Virus genome (UHGV): UHGV-0196292
Length of the DNA stretch: 44,047 bases
Source of the DNA: a virus
Strand: one strand, 5' to 3'
In this document: piece by piece, positions 1-9,260 of the stretch
Layout: each line of letters starts with the position of its first letter
How positions within the stretch are numbered: the stretch's first letter is position 1
The notes under the pieces: model-generated
Databases searched by the model: none
Seen by the model: only the letters and a program-made list of their open reading frames with translations
Told to the model about the DNA's origin: nothing
Program-made: the position numbers and the translations under genes

Positions 1-5
1 ATAGT

Positions 6-34
6 TTGCAGACACCAACATAATAGGGTACTAT
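6..34 (+). promoter_or_regulatory. sigma70-like promoter TTGCAG-N17-TACTAT with AATAG-N4-CTATT palindrome over the -10
   Basis: Hexamers at 6-11 and 29-34 with 17-nt spacer; 18-mer ATAATAGGGTACTATTCA (20-37) is identical to 34377-34394. Confidence 0.5.
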
Positions 35-69
35 TCATTACATCGAAACGAGAGATGAGGAATTTAAAG

Positions 70-282
70 ATGAAAGAGTTAATTATCGCGGTATTGACGA
101 CATTGGCAGTTTCACTGGTAATTGCCGCGGGTGTACGTAGCTTAGATAAACATGGGTGCGAGAACTACGGAGATATCACAGGCAGAGAGGTAATGTATAG
201 TTACGCAACTTGTTATGTAAAAACTGATAGAGGTTTTATCCCTCGTGAAGAACTTAATTTTAGAGCAGCGACACATAAATAA
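70..282 (+). CDS. small membrane-anchored or secreted protein (accessory/moron gene)
   Basis: ORF-track ORF 55-282; internal ATG at 70 has better GAGGA spacing; N-terminal hydrophobic helix (LIIAVLTTLAVSLVIAAG), Cys-containing C-terminal part; opposite strand to flanking operons. Confidence 0.45.
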   Translation: MKELIIAVLTTLAVSLVIAAGVRSLDKHGCENYGDITGREVMYSYATCYVKTDRGFIPREELNFRAATHK

Positions 283-287
283 AACTA

Positions 288-307
288 AGGCCCCGTTTGG
301 GGCCTTC
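288..307. terminator. bidirectional rho-independent terminator hairpin
   Basis: AAGGCCCC-gttt-GGGGCCTT stem-loop with T-rich flank on the minus strand, between convergent genes. Confidence 0.6.
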
Positions 308-309
308 TA

Positions 310-771
310 TCATTCTGGCTTAGTAACCTTCGCCGCTTTGCTTACCGCCTCTACGCCGCCGGCATCGGTAACTTTAACGAAGTATTCGCCAACCGCGTTA
401 ACCGTCAGAGACAAAGCCTCTTCTGGTGCGTTTACAACTTCCTTCCCGTCTTTGTACCAGGTCAGCGCATATGGAGCTTTACCGGCCTTAACTTCGACAG
501 TGATAGTTGCGCTGCCGTCTGCCAGTTCAGCGTCTTTCGGTTGCACAGAGAAATACACGTCTCCAGCGTCCGCCAGATACGGAATTTCGTAAAGCATACC
601 CGCCGCGGGGAGCGCAATACCGGTTTTATCCGCAAACGGCATATCGTCTACTGAGGTACCCAGTACACTTTCGTCCTCAATAAACGCCACGTTCTCGCCA
701 GAGCCAGACACGCGAGCATACTGGACTACGCGACGCGACGGTACATCAGTTACTTTGAAAAAGCCCATCAT
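310..771 (-). CDS. Ig-like domain structural protein (capsid decoration or fibre candidate)
   Basis: Beta-rich sequence with Ig/Big-like signature (ATITVEVKAGKAPYALTWYKDGKEV); directly downstream of head morphogenesis gene. Confidence 0.45.
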   Translation of the reverse strand: MMGFFKVTDVPSRRVVQYARVSGSGENVAFIEDESVLGTSVDDMPFADKTGIALPAAGMLYEIPYLADAGDVYFSVQPKDAELADGSATITVEVKAGKAPYALTWYKDGKEVVNAPEEALSLTVNAVGEYFVKVTDAGGVEAVSKAAKVTKPE

Positions 772-1847
772 TATTCCCCTTTCAGATAATCAGCAACACG
801 TTTATCGAGTTCCGCCATCTGCTTAAGCGTGAGCGGATTCCCGAAACCATCTACAGATATTACGCGAAACTCTTCCGGTGATATACCGCTGTTGCGGAAA
901 ATCTTACCGCGGGTCGGCCCGAGTGCTTCATCCTGAAACCATGCCGGTTGTTGTTTAAGGAACTCGTAATAGGTGGTGTCTGCGCTTACCTGAGTACCAC
1001 CTTCTGCACCCTTAGCTGCGCGTTTCGCGCCTTTATCGAGGAAGTCGAACTCGGAACTGATTACCGGGGCCGTGCACGACCGACAATTCGGATGGGCGGG
1101 GGGCATCGGCCCCTTACCAATTTCCCACGTCATTCCGTCTCTGGCCCTGCAAATCGTACTGGTACGGCTGTCAAGCGTTGACACCCATTCGTACTTCTCG
1201 ATGATGTCGTCGTTCTGGCGGTACGTCTCGTTGCGGGCTTCATTGGACACGTGAGACAGCGCGGTGCGGATTACTGTAGCGGCGTTGCGTTCAGAGATGT
1301 CCGCCAGTCCGCCAGCGCCTACGACATTCTTAACAATCTGCCGTGTGGTTTGGCCTTGAACAAAACCCATCTTAACACCGGTTACAAGGCGCGCTACCTC
1401 CGTTTCCCCCCAACCTGACATCAGCTTGGTGAAGTCGACTGGTTTGTCGCTTAACGATAAGGGTTGAAACTCGGCAGCGGCCCAAACCTGTTCGGCGGTA
1501 GGCGTAACAAATTCCGCGTCTACGTTGGCCGTCAGTGTCTTTACGTTCCACTCAGCCTCGTACGCTGCCAGTTCTTTGAGGTCTTCTGTCAGCTTTGTCT
1601 GCCAGTCGTCCGTAAGCCCAGCCAGTGCTTCTTCCAGGTCGCGTAACAGTTTATTCAGTCGCGCTGTGCTGCGACCGTCGTCACCGAACAACAGCACCTG
1701 CCGTTTGATTTCGTCCCGCATTTCCTGAAGGAACGGTGCGAGTTCTTTCACTTCACCGGATGCGGTGCGTTGCAGCCATATCTGATGGCTGATTAGGGAT
1801 GTAAGTAAGCTCATAGATAAACCCTGTGGCGCTAAAGTTAATAGCAT
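771..1847 (-). CDS. head morphogenesis protein, MuF / SPP1 gp7-like
   Basis: Conserved MuF-type core (WVSTLDSRTSTICRARDGMTWEI...PPAHPNCRSC); position after portal gene; ~85 aa C-terminal extension. Confidence 0.7.
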   Translation of the reverse strand: MLLTLAPQGLSMSLLTSLISHQIWLQRTASGEVKELAPFLQEMRDEIKRQVLLFGDDGRSTARLNKLLRDLEEALAGLTDDWQTKLTEDLKELAAYEAEWNVKTLTANVDAEFVTPTAEQVWAAAEFQPLSLSDKPVDFTKLMSGWGETEVARLVTGVKMGFVQGQTTRQIVKNVVGAGGLADISERNAATVIRTALSHVSNEARNETYRQNDDIIEKYEWVSTLDSRTSTICRARDGMTWEIGKGPMPPAHPNCRSCTAPVISSEFDFLDKGAKRAAKGAEGGTQVSADTTYYEFLKQQPAWFQDEALGPTRGKIFRNSGISPEEFRVISVDGFGNPLTLKQMAELDKRVADYLKGE

Positions 1848-1883
1848 ACTATAAGAAAGCCCCTTTCGGGGCTATATGCGGAC

Positions 1884-3365
1884 TTACTGCTGAGCGGCGT
1901 CTTGTTGCTGCGCCGACTGCGGAATCTCTCCTGCCACCTGAGCAACAGCACCTAACGGTAGGGGTGCGTCCTCAATCGCAGTCTTAATCTCCTCGTCAGT
2001 CCAGTCAGTAACCCCCGCCTTACGCAATGCCGCGTAGTAAGCAGTAGCGGGTAGCAGGCCGGCGTTAATATCCGCCATCCACTGCGCTCGTTCGGGCGCG
2101 GTCATCGGTTGCAGGAAGAACTCCATATTCAGCTTGAACTCAATCTCTGTGCCTTCACGCAGCCCCAGCATCGCCGCTACCCAGCGCAATGCATCTGTAT
2201 AAGCCATGCTTACATTACGTGCGATTGTCGCCATAACAGACGTGTCGGCACCGCGTTGCAGGCGTGCCGATTCAGCGGTGATTTGCTGGGTAGGGGTGAT
2301 AAGCTGTGCGCCAATCTGGATGGCCTGATTCTCTTTATCCAGCATGTTCTGCTTGGCGAGGTTGTTCTCCCCCGCCTGAACCAAGAACGCATTGCCACCG
2401 TAGCCGATGTTGTGACCTGAACGCGACCCCATGCGCACGCCGTGGGGGTTGGCTTCTTTCCACTGTTCCATGCTCATGTTCTCGCCGGGAGCAATGAACA
2501 GAGTGGGCTGGCCTACAACGAAACTGGACTCCTCATTGTCTGCGCTGTTGCGGAAATGTCCGATATTAAGCTCAGCCAACGGCAGCAAAGGCGCATCGTC
2601 AATCGTAGCGTCGTTGTTGCTCGCCCCGATAAACGTGAACGGGATTTTGCCGCGCAACTGTTCGCCGAGTTCCGGGAATATCTCGATTACTTCATCCTGT
2701 GCGCCACCTTCGGCGTCGAAGCGGTAAATACGCTGGCGGTAGCGGCCATCAATCAAATCGAGAACGCGGTATTGTTCACCGAACTTTGTTTCGAACTCTG
2801 CGCCAGGTTCTGAGTATTCCCACACCTCACGCAGCACGACCATAGTCACACGGTTCACTGAACCTACGCGTGTCAGTCGCCAGTTGATGATGTTCTCTGC
2901 GGTATAGAATGCGATGACCGGGTTTAATAACCCTGCGTTCTGTTCGGCTGCCGTTGCAGCAGCAGTCTCCGGGGCGTCAACCAGCAACCCGCCACGGCCC
3001 ACCGAGTCAATCTCCATCAGCGTGTCCTGCGCGTGCTGCCACAGCCCGACACCGGAACCGTCTGCATTGCGTAACAGGTACTCCAGTTCAGGCGGGATAA
3101 TCTGCTCGGGGTCTTTGCGCATGACACTGCCGACCATCCCGGCCAGAGTACGTTTAGTGAAGTTGTAGCAAATAGCGCCGTTCTCATATTCTTCCTGGCG
3201 CCGGGCTGCGTAGGTCTCGTCCGGCTCGTTCTTACCAACGTTGCGCAGATAGCGAATAAGGTCGCCTTCCAGTGCGTGGCGTACTTTCTGCCATTTATTG
3301 AAGTGATGCAGCCATTCCCGGTGTTTTGTCTTAACACCCTGATTCTGACCGTTCATAGTTAACAT
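1884..3365 (-). CDS. portal protein
   Basis: 493 aa ORF between terminase large subunit and MuF-like gene (canonical order), acidic C-terminus. Confidence 0.7.
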   Translation of the reverse strand: MLTMNGQNQGVKTKHREWLHHFNKWQKVRHALEGDLIRYLRNVGKNEPDETYAARRQEEYENGAICYNFTKRTLAGMVGSVMRKDPEQIIPPELEYLLRNADGSGVGLWQHAQDTLMEIDSVGRGGLLVDAPETAAATAAEQNAGLLNPVIAFYTAENIINWRLTRVGSVNRVTMVVLREVWEYSEPGAEFETKFGEQYRVLDLIDGRYRQRIYRFDAEGGAQDEVIEIFPELGEQLRGKIPFTFIGASNNDATIDDAPLLPLAELNIGHFRNSADNEESSFVVGQPTLFIAPGENMSMEQWKEANPHGVRMGSRSGHNIGYGGNAFLVQAGENNLAKQNMLDKENQAIQIGAQLITPTQQITAESARLQRGADTSVMATIARNVSMAYTDALRWVAAMLGLREGTEIEFKLNMEFFLQPMTAPERAQWMADINAGLLPATAYYAALRKAGVTDWTDEEIKTAIEDAPLPLGAVAQVAGEIPQSAQQQDAAQQ

Positions 3366-3377
3366 TGAATAATCCTC

Positions 3378-4649
3378 TTAAAGTGCGAAAGTCACCGGGA
3401 CGTTAATAACTGGTTTGCGAATCGGCATTTCATATGCAATTGGGTATGTGGTCCCATCATTCTGGTGGTCCACGCCGCCAGATTTATCCGGTTCGCCATT
3501 CTTATCGTAGGCTTGCTGCTCCAGGCATCGCGCCGTAACTGGGCAAGCCCGTTCATTAATCATGACCATACCAGATTCAAGCGCCTTATTCATCGCAGAT
3601 ACGCGGTCTTTAACCGGTGGGTTTGTCGATTTAGCGCGTACTTCGAACCCGGCCTGCTGTAGCTGGGCGATGTCTGAGGTACTGGCGTTGTTGCTTTTAC
3701 GGTTTTTGCCGCTGGCGTCCGGGTACATAACGATATAGTGGCCCTTACTTTTCCATCGCTCGGTTATAGCCCGCACTACATCTGGTGTATCGAACATATC
3801 AACCAACTCGGCAACAGCATGCCATACCTTACCACGTTGCACGTAAACTGTGCTCGCCATGTGACCTACGTTAAAGTCCTGTCCGATATACAGAGTCTCG
3901 CCAGGCTTGATTGTTTCGCGGCTGCTGTTTTTCCTGCGGTCGTAGGCGTAGTAGACCGTTCCAGCCGTGAGGTTTACGAACTTACCGTCAATGTAGGCAT
4001 CAATCAATTGACTGGGGTATGTGTCACGCAATGACTGCACATAATCTTCTGGCAGGAACGGGTTCGACAGGGTGGATGCCTGGATCATCTCATAGCCAGG
4101 ATTCTTGTTAACAACCCAGCGGTCATGTACGAAACGGAATCCTTCCGGCGTGGTGAACACGGAAACGGTATTGGCAGGTTTCGGTGTAATAGGTTTATAT
4201 GTCCGTGGTAACTGGCGGTTACGGGCAATGACTTTGTTCCACGCGTGCTCGGCGTGTTTCATGGTCAGGGTGTCCAACTCGTCGATTTTTGCACGAAACG
4301 ATTCGTAGCCAACGATTCGCGCTGGATTATCAAGTGTACGCAGAACAAAATCCCCAAATTGCCTTGAAGACGTATAGATTATGTTGTCAGACTTGTTGTA
4401 TTTGTACCGGACACCCCAGTCCATCAGCTTCTCTTCCATACGAGGTGCAAGGATAAGCCGTACCAGGTCGTAAGTAGGCTCGTACATGGCGATGACAGAA
4501 TCGCTGCCGCCTTCCATGCTGTCCAGTAGCGCGGAGTTACACATAACTTCGGATTTACCCGTACCGAAGCCAGCTACGAATGCCGGGAACTTGCAATGCA
4601 TACCCAGAAAATCGCCTTGAGGTTCCGTTGCCGTGATATTAACGTTCAC
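3378..4649 (-). CDS. terminase large subunit
   Basis: N-terminal P-loop (VAGFGTGKS), C-terminal acidic nuclease-type residues (IGQDFN, MYPDASG); 423 aa. Confidence 0.85.
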   Translation of the reverse strand: MNVNITATEPQGDFLGMHCKFPAFVAGFGTGKSEVMCNSALLDSMEGGSDSVIAMYEPTYDLVRLILAPRMEEKLMDWGVRYKYNKSDNIIYTSSRQFGDFVLRTLDNPARIVGYESFRAKIDELDTLTMKHAEHAWNKVIARNRQLPRTYKPITPKPANTVSVFTTPEGFRFVHDRWVVNKNPGYEMIQASTLSNPFLPEDYVQSLRDTYPSQLIDAYIDGKFVNLTAGTVYYAYDRRKNSSRETIKPGETLYIGQDFNVGHMASTVYVQRGKVWHAVAELVDMFDTPDVVRAITERWKSKGHYIVMYPDASGKNRKSNNASTSDIAQLQQAGFEVRAKSTNPPVKDRVSAMNKALESGMVMINERACPVTARCLEQQAYDKNGEPDKSGGVDHQNDGTTYPIAYEMPIRKPVINVPVTFAL

Positions 4650-5187
4650 CGGACACCACCTTAATTGTTACTTCACTGATTGGCTCGTCGCGTACTTCTT
4701 CGGTGGCAACAGTTTTATTCAGTCCCAGCTTCGCAGCGGCAAACGTAGCTGAGATACCCGCCGCCCCTGTCTCGGTGAAATATGCCTCTTCCAGTGCCTG
4801 TGCTGTCTCCCAAGCTTCGGCAAATGCAGGAATCTCACGCAGCCACAGTTTGATAATCGGGATAGTGACGCCAATATGCAGGGCGAAGCGGGCCAGTGAC
4901 GGGGGCTTATCCTGAATCAGTGGGCGTTCATCCCCCTTAGACGTAGGCACAAGTTCCCACGACGTGCGGTCGAAGAAACGAATCAATTCGTCGCAATAGT
5001 CCGGGTCCCACAACGCGGCGGAATTACGGGATGATTGATAAAGGCTCTGTTTACCGCGCGGCCGTCTACGGCGACGGTTTGCGCTAACAGCTTCTTCATG
5101 TGCAGCTTGCACCACCTCAGGCGATGGCTGCTTAAGTTTCAGCTTCATAGAATCCCCTTGCATATGCGTCTGACCATCAGAGCGCAC
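4639..5187 (-). CDS. terminase small subunit (putative)
   Basis: Basic, Arg-rich N-terminal region immediately upstream of and overlapping the TerL start; true start probably an internal Met. Confidence 0.45.
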   Translation of the reverse strand: MRSDGQTHMQGDSMKLKLKQPSPEVVQAAHEEAVSANRRRRRPRGKQSLYQSSRNSAALWDPDYCDELIRFFDRTSWELVPTSKGDERPLIQDKPPSLARFALHIGVTIPIIKLWLREIPAFAEAWETAQALEEAYFTETGAAGISATFAAAKLGLNKTVATEEVRDEPISEVTIKVVSGER

Positions 5188-5249
5188 CAGACGCGCCCTA
5201 CGCGTCTAAAGGGATTATATAAGGGGATTGGGCGGGATGTACAGAAAAG

Positions 5250-5272
5250 CCCTCCGTAGAGGGCTTATATCA
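5250..5272 (-). terminator. rho-independent terminator
   Basis: AAAGCCCTC-cgta-GAGGGCTT hairpin followed by T-run on the minus strand; a TATAAT-containing late promoter candidate lies just downstream (5188-5240). Confidence 0.5.
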
Positions 5273-5367
5273 GTTATATAGGCCGTGTCGCGGTGCTCTT
5301 TTACCATCGCCACCGTAGTGGTCGTTAGCTACAGCGATAGCCCATGCGTTATGGATGATTAGCAGTC

Positions 5368-5550
5368 TCATTTGAAAAACCACAACAGGATGCCTGCCAC
5401 TCCCGATACCCCCATGCCTAAAAACATAGGCCACCACAGATGGCGGGGAAGACTGTTAAACAAAGTCGGTTGTTTTATCAGCACAACGAGAAAGGCCAGC
5501 CAAAACACCAGGTCGCCAGCGGCATTGGCAGCCTTCAAAATATCAATCAT
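5368..5550 (-). CDS. small two-transmembrane-helix protein
   Basis: 60 aa with two hydrophobic segments (LVFWLAFLVVLI; MFLGMGVSGVAGILLWFF). Confidence 0.4.
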   Translation of the reverse strand: MIDILKAANAAGDLVFWLAFLVVLIKQPTLFNSLPRHLWWPMFLGMGVSGVAGILLWFFK

Positions 5551-5783
5551 CCCCCACGCTCCTCTTTAGCAATACGTTGCTCTGTTTTAGTCACACCCCG
5601 GCGCGTGAATAACACCGGGCTTGTCTTAACGTGCGTCATCAGACGGTTGTTGTAAATTACATGGCGCTCGCAGTTCACGTCTTTGCTGTACTTGGCAATC
5701 GTCATTTCGTTGATGCCGGTTTGTCGGCATGTCTCCGCCATCGTGCCGAATTCTTTAATCAGGTTCGGAATGCTGGTAATCAT
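5547..5783 (-). CDS. putative HTH DNA-binding protein
   Basis: HTH-like stretch (ETCRQTGINEMTIAKY); start overlaps previous stop. Confidence 0.35.
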   Translation of the reverse strand: MITSIPNLIKEFGTMAETCRQTGINEMTIAKYSKDVNCERHVIYNNRLMTHVKTSPVLFTRRGVTKTEQRIAKEERGG

Positions 5784-5977
5784 TTACCCTCCGGGTTTAC
5801 GTCTAAATCGTAACGTTCCCGCAATTCGGCGTACTTATCCATGTAATCAAGTAACATCCGATACGCGTCTAACTGGAACTCTTCGTTCAGTGTCCTGCCA
5901 AGCCAGAACTCTGGATTACCTTTAGAAGCCAGACGGTCTATCTGTTGGTGCAACGTCTCTTTACATACTCTACTCAT
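5780..5977 (-). CDS. hypothetical protein
   Basis: 65 aa ORF in operon context with overlapping stop/start. Confidence 0.35.
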   Translation of the reverse strand: MSRVCKETLHQQIDRLASKGNPEFWLGRTLNEEFQLDAYRMLLDYMDKYAELRERYDLDVNPEGK

Positions 5978-6146
5978 TTCTTAAACCCTCTCGTTGTCCA
6001 CATCGCATTTGGGTATTTATTATCGCGGTCCTGCACTACGGCGATCATGTTTCCACGTTGCACCAGGCAGAAGTGCCGCTGTTGCTCGCCGTTGTAGCGA
6101 CGCCAGATTGCTTCTTCGATTGCTGCGTTAATGCCACTGAACATAA

Positions 6147-6383
6147 TCAATCCTCAATACTTAATAGCACGTACCCCGGTAGGTAAGCCCCTACGTCAGC
6201 AACATGAATAACGCGGCGGTAAACGATACGGCCTGTGTATTCACCGTTTTCGTATTCTCTCAGGCACAGAGTGTCGTCTTCCTTAAAGTCGCGGTCGTTT
6301 AATCGAAGTTCCGCCAGCTTAATGCCCGCCAGAACAGGCGCAAAATGCTCAGGTAATATCTTTAGCTCATGGAACATAATCAC
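6147..6383 (-). CDS. ASCH/PUA-like domain protein
   Basis: GxKxxExR-type signature (AGIKLAELR) typical of ASCH-fold proteins. Confidence 0.45.
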   Translation of the reverse strand: MIMFHELKILPEHFAPVLAGIKLAELRLNDRDFKEDDTLCLREYENGEYTGRIVYRRVIHVADVGAYLPGYVLLSIED

Positions 6384-6646
6384 CCCACTATCTCATCACC
6401 GAGCCACGCCGTTTCTCGTATATCGTCGACCACACAAGCGGCGTGCTCCCGGCTAATTGCAAAAATGTAGAAGCTGAACTTCTTCCCGTCGGCGTCGATG
6501 TGGTTAACCGAGTAGGGTTTCCACAGGATGCCATCGATAATCACCGGTTTAGGCGACTCCATACGCTTCGCCGCACTTAATGCACGTGGCACGATGTAGC
6601 CCGCCAACCACATGTAGGTAGTAGTCATGCGCACAAGGCTTTTCAC
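6380..6646 (-). CDS. hypothetical protein
   Basis: 88 aa ORF; probable start at an internal Met because of overlap with upstream ORF. Confidence 0.3.
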   Translation of the reverse strand: MKSLVRMTTTYMWLAGYIVPRALSAAKRMESPKPVIIDGILWKPYSVNHIDADGKKFSFYIFAISREHAACVVDDIRETAWLGDEIVG

Positions 6647-6797
6647 CCTCTTTCAACTTATCAAGCAACAACTTAAACGCCTCCAGTTGAAACTCACCGT
6701 TAATTGTCAGTCGCCAACCTGGCGTCTGTTTCTCAGACTCAAGCACCAGAATACGGCGCTCAAGTGATGCAATTGTGATTTTAGGCATTGGTATCAC
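6549..6797 (-). CDS. hypothetical protein with C-terminal CxxC pair
   Basis: 82 aa ORF; C..H..CIKCG motif. Confidence 0.35.
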   Translation of the reverse strand: MIPMPKITIASLERRILVLESEKQTPGWRLTINGEFQLEAFKLLLDKLKEGEKPCAHDYYLHVVGGLHRATCIKCGEAYGVA

Positions 6798-6966
6798 CTT
6801 TGTTCAGGTTGAAGCGGTTAATCAGTTCACGGCGTGTCTCGTAAAGCGACTCGACCATTTGCTCTGCTACCGCGATTTTAGTATTCAGGACGTGCATCAC
6901 GTGGCTGATGTCTACGCCGCCGTTAACGGCCTCCACCATCATCTTTTCGTATTCACGGTCAGTCAT
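6781..6966 (-). CDS. hypothetical protein
   Basis: 61 aa ORF, operon context. Confidence 0.3.
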   Translation of the reverse strand: MTDREYEKMMVEAVNGGVDISHVMHVLNTKIAVAEQMVESLYETRRELINRFNLNKGDTNA

Positions 6967-7127
6967 TCTTTACGCTCTCCCCACATGCGATTGAGATACT
7001 TGTTCTTGTCCGGCCCCGGGAAACTGTTGCGTTTCATCAGTTCCTCGCGTGTCGGGAACGGGGTGTGGCTAACTTTACGGCCTACTCGTAATGGCCGGCT
7101 TGCTGGGCCTTGTTCGCTCATTTCTTA

Positions 7128-7331
7128 TCACCTGTAATATGTTGCTTCTAATTCTTCCAGTGCCTGAGCACTATACCCGTGGGCGCATTCGCAATCCCAG
7201 CAGTCCTCAGAGTAGTTATAGACTTTAAGTTGACCGTGCTCCCATCTAAGAGTTGCTGAATAGGGGAAATCCCCTATAAACCACACCGCTACAAATTGGC
7301 CCTCCGACGGCATCTCATAGCTAACAATCAT
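7128..7331 (-). CDS. hypothetical protein
   Basis: 67 aa ORF with CWDCEC motif. Confidence 0.3.
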   Translation of the reverse strand: MIVSYEMPSEGQFVAVWFIGDFPYSATLRWEHGQLKVYNYSEDCWDCECAHGYSAQALEELEATYYR

Positions 7332-7473
7332 TTCTTCTCCTCTGCATAAGCTGCTTTAAGTGCCTTCATCGCTGCGGACCAGAACGCGTCAGCAGGAATA
7401 TTGCTGCTCAGGTTATAAACGGCTATACGTGCCATCAGTTGCGCATCTTCGAATGCTTCGATATCTGTGATTT

Positions 7474-7671
7474 TCATTCGTATCCCTCAAACTTACGTAA
7501 ATCGCCTTTAGTGATATATTTACGGCGGGCCAATATCGTGTCCACGTCATAATCCATTAGTGCGCCTGTTTCACATCCATCCGGCGTCATACTTGGCCCG
7601 TAAACAGAAAGACCCATCTCGTTAAGGTACTCCATAAACTGCTCTACCGTTTTCTTCTGGTAACGCTTCAT
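7474..7671 (-). CDS. hypothetical protein
   Basis: 65 aa ORF at head of minus-strand operon. Confidence 0.3.
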   Translation of the reverse strand: MKRYQKKTVEQFMEYLNEMGLSVYGPSMTPDGCETGALMDYDVDTILARRKYITKGDLRKFEGYE

Positions 7672-7704
7672 CTTCTCTACTCCGTTCTCGTTGTCGATGG
7701 AGTA

Positions 7705-7733
7705 AATATAGTAGGGTCGATGGTAATAGTCAA
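7705..7733 (-). promoter_or_regulatory. sigma70-like promoter (TTGACT-N17-TATATT; TACTAT-class -10)
   Basis: Minus-strand hexamers at 7728-7733 and 7705-7710 with 17-nt spacer, just downstream of a terminator. Confidence 0.45.
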
Positions 7734-7756
7734 CTAGTCATTACAGAAAATAGATA

Positions 7757-7790
7757 AAAAAAATCCCGGCTGGGTCAGGGCCGGGATAAA
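7757..7790 (-). terminator. rho-independent terminator after lysis cassette
   Basis: CCCGGC...GCCGGG hairpin followed by a long T-run on the minus strand. Confidence 0.6.
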
Positions 7791-7851
7791 ACTGGAGAGT
7801 AGAGGGATGGAACAGGAGGTGATTTAAGTATCGTCGGATTAGTCTTAGGTG

Positions 7852-8391
7852 TCAACCTTTCACCGCGCGCCCGATAGCCTCAGCCTCTTGCCACGGTTTA
7901 CCGTCGAACAGCGCCAGACGCCCCGCGGTACGGCGACGCAGACCGAGTAATGGTTTGCCGTTCTGGTTGATGAACAGCGCCAGCTTAGCCCGCAGCGTCG
8001 CAATATCACCGGAGCGCAGCGCCTTACCAGTTCCGGTAGTAGTGGCAATCACACCAGCACCTGCGTTGTACACCAGGTCGCACACAGCGTCGAACTGTGC
8101 CTGTGTCAGGGAGTGGTGCGCTGCTGCGTCAACCGCAGCGACGGCCTTAGCCATGTCGCGGTTCAGTAACAGGAGGCCTTGTCCGGGAGTGATGGTCTTA
8201 CCTGGGGTTACGTCGGGTCCGTAGTGACCGTAACCTATCGTCAGGTACTTCTCGTTTGGTGTAGCACGATACGCAGTTCCACGGAACCCCTCAAACGCAG
8301 CACAGAAATGCAATCCATTATCTGAAATGTTTCGAGACACGCTTATGTCCTCCGTATGACAGCCACGCCTGACGAATCTGACGCAGCGCAA
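7852..8391 (-). CDS. endolysin, lysozyme-like (GH24-type)
   Basis: Catalytic-region signature FEGFRGTAYRA...YLTIGYGH; adjacent to holin-like genes; real start probably downstream of 8391. Confidence 0.75.
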   Translation of the reverse strand: MRCVRFVRRGCHTEDISVSRNISDNGLHFCAAFEGFRGTAYRATPNEKYLTIGYGHYGPDVTPGKTITPGQGLLLLNRDMAKAVAAVDAAAHHSLTQAQFDAVCDLVYNAGAGVIATTTGTGKALRSGDIATLRAKLALFINQNGKPLLGLRRRTAGRLALFDGKPWQEAEAIGRAVKG

Positions 8392-8590
8392 CCAATGTGA
8401 TTAATGTCTCAGGCAGCGTGGGTGACATGCTGCCCTGTAACAGGTGGATACATCCGGCGGCGCAGACGATAGCAGTCAGGATATAGAGCACCCGACCAAA
8501 TAGCCCGTCGTCCACGCTGGGATGATACACATTAAACAGCGATGTGCCTCCGATTGCCAGCATACCGCCGAACCAGAATAACTCATTCAT
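8318..8590 (-). CDS. holin/antiholin-like membrane protein
   Basis: Start set to internal Met (MNELFWFGGMLAIGG...) whose ATG overlaps upstream stop (ATGAATGA); two hydrophobic helices. Confidence 0.45.
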   Translation of the reverse strand: MNELFWFGGMLAIGGTSLFNVYHPSVDDGLFGRVLYILTAIVCAAGCIHLLQGSMSPTLPETLITLVALRQIRQAWLSYGGHKRVSKHFR

Positions 8591-8891
8591 CTGGGCCTCC
8601 TCGACGTGCGATGTATTCTCCAGCGACGATACCGGAGAGACGGGAATAGATAGGCATCCAGAGAACCGCGATGATGAAGCCCAGACCTGCGATTTCACGG
8701 TCGCCCGTGATACCGAACCATTGAGCCGCAAGAGGCGCACCAAATACGGCGCAGGTGAAGCCAGTTGCGATAAAGCAGAAGCCGTCGATAGGGCCAGAAA
8801 TAACGGACTTATGTTGTCGTAGTCCGATTACCCCTCCGGCTAGCGCGGCGGCGAGAAGCCAGCCTGTCACTGTTTCAGTAAATTTATCCAA
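8583..8891 (-). CDS. holin-like membrane protein
   Basis: 102 aa with three hydrophobic segments and charged C-terminus, upstream of endolysin. Confidence 0.5.
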   Translation of the reverse strand: MDKFTETVTGWLLAAALAGGVIGLRQHKSVISGPIDGFCFIATGFTCAVFGAPLAAQWFGITGDREIAGLGFIIAVLWMPIYSRLSGIVAGEYIARRGGPDE

Positions 8892-8966
8892 GATGAATCC
8901 TCCAGGTGCGTATTAAGTATGCAGTAACTGGAGGATACCACGGGTAGGAATTATCTTAATAACGGT

Positions 8967-9260
8967 TTATTTGTGTCTCCAGATGTATTGTCGTCTCTGT
9001 GGTTTCGTCGGAATATCTTCATATCCCAGCGATTTCCAGTAATTAAATAACCGGTTAGCGATATCTGCGCGTTCCTGTGTTTTGAACTCACCGAGATTCA
9101 CGGCCTTCCCGTTCTGGAATCCACAGGCACGGACCGCTTTGCGTCTGGCCGGAATCTCAGGGAACAGCGCGTTACCCCGACGCTTGTATATCTGTGTTTT
9201 AGCTCTCGGTGACAGCGGCGCAAGGCCGCTTCGTTTCAGGATGTCAGTTGCGAGGCTCAT
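8967..9260 (-). CDS. AP2-like DNA-binding domain protein
   Basis: GKAVNLGEFKTQERADIANRLFNYW resembles the AP2 DNA-binding domain; no nuclease domain attached. Confidence 0.4.
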   Translation of the reverse strand: MSLATDILKRSGLAPLSPRAKTQIYKRRGNALFPEIPARRKAVRACGFQNGKAVNLGEFKTQERADIANRLFNYWKSLGYEDIPTKPQRRQYIWRHK

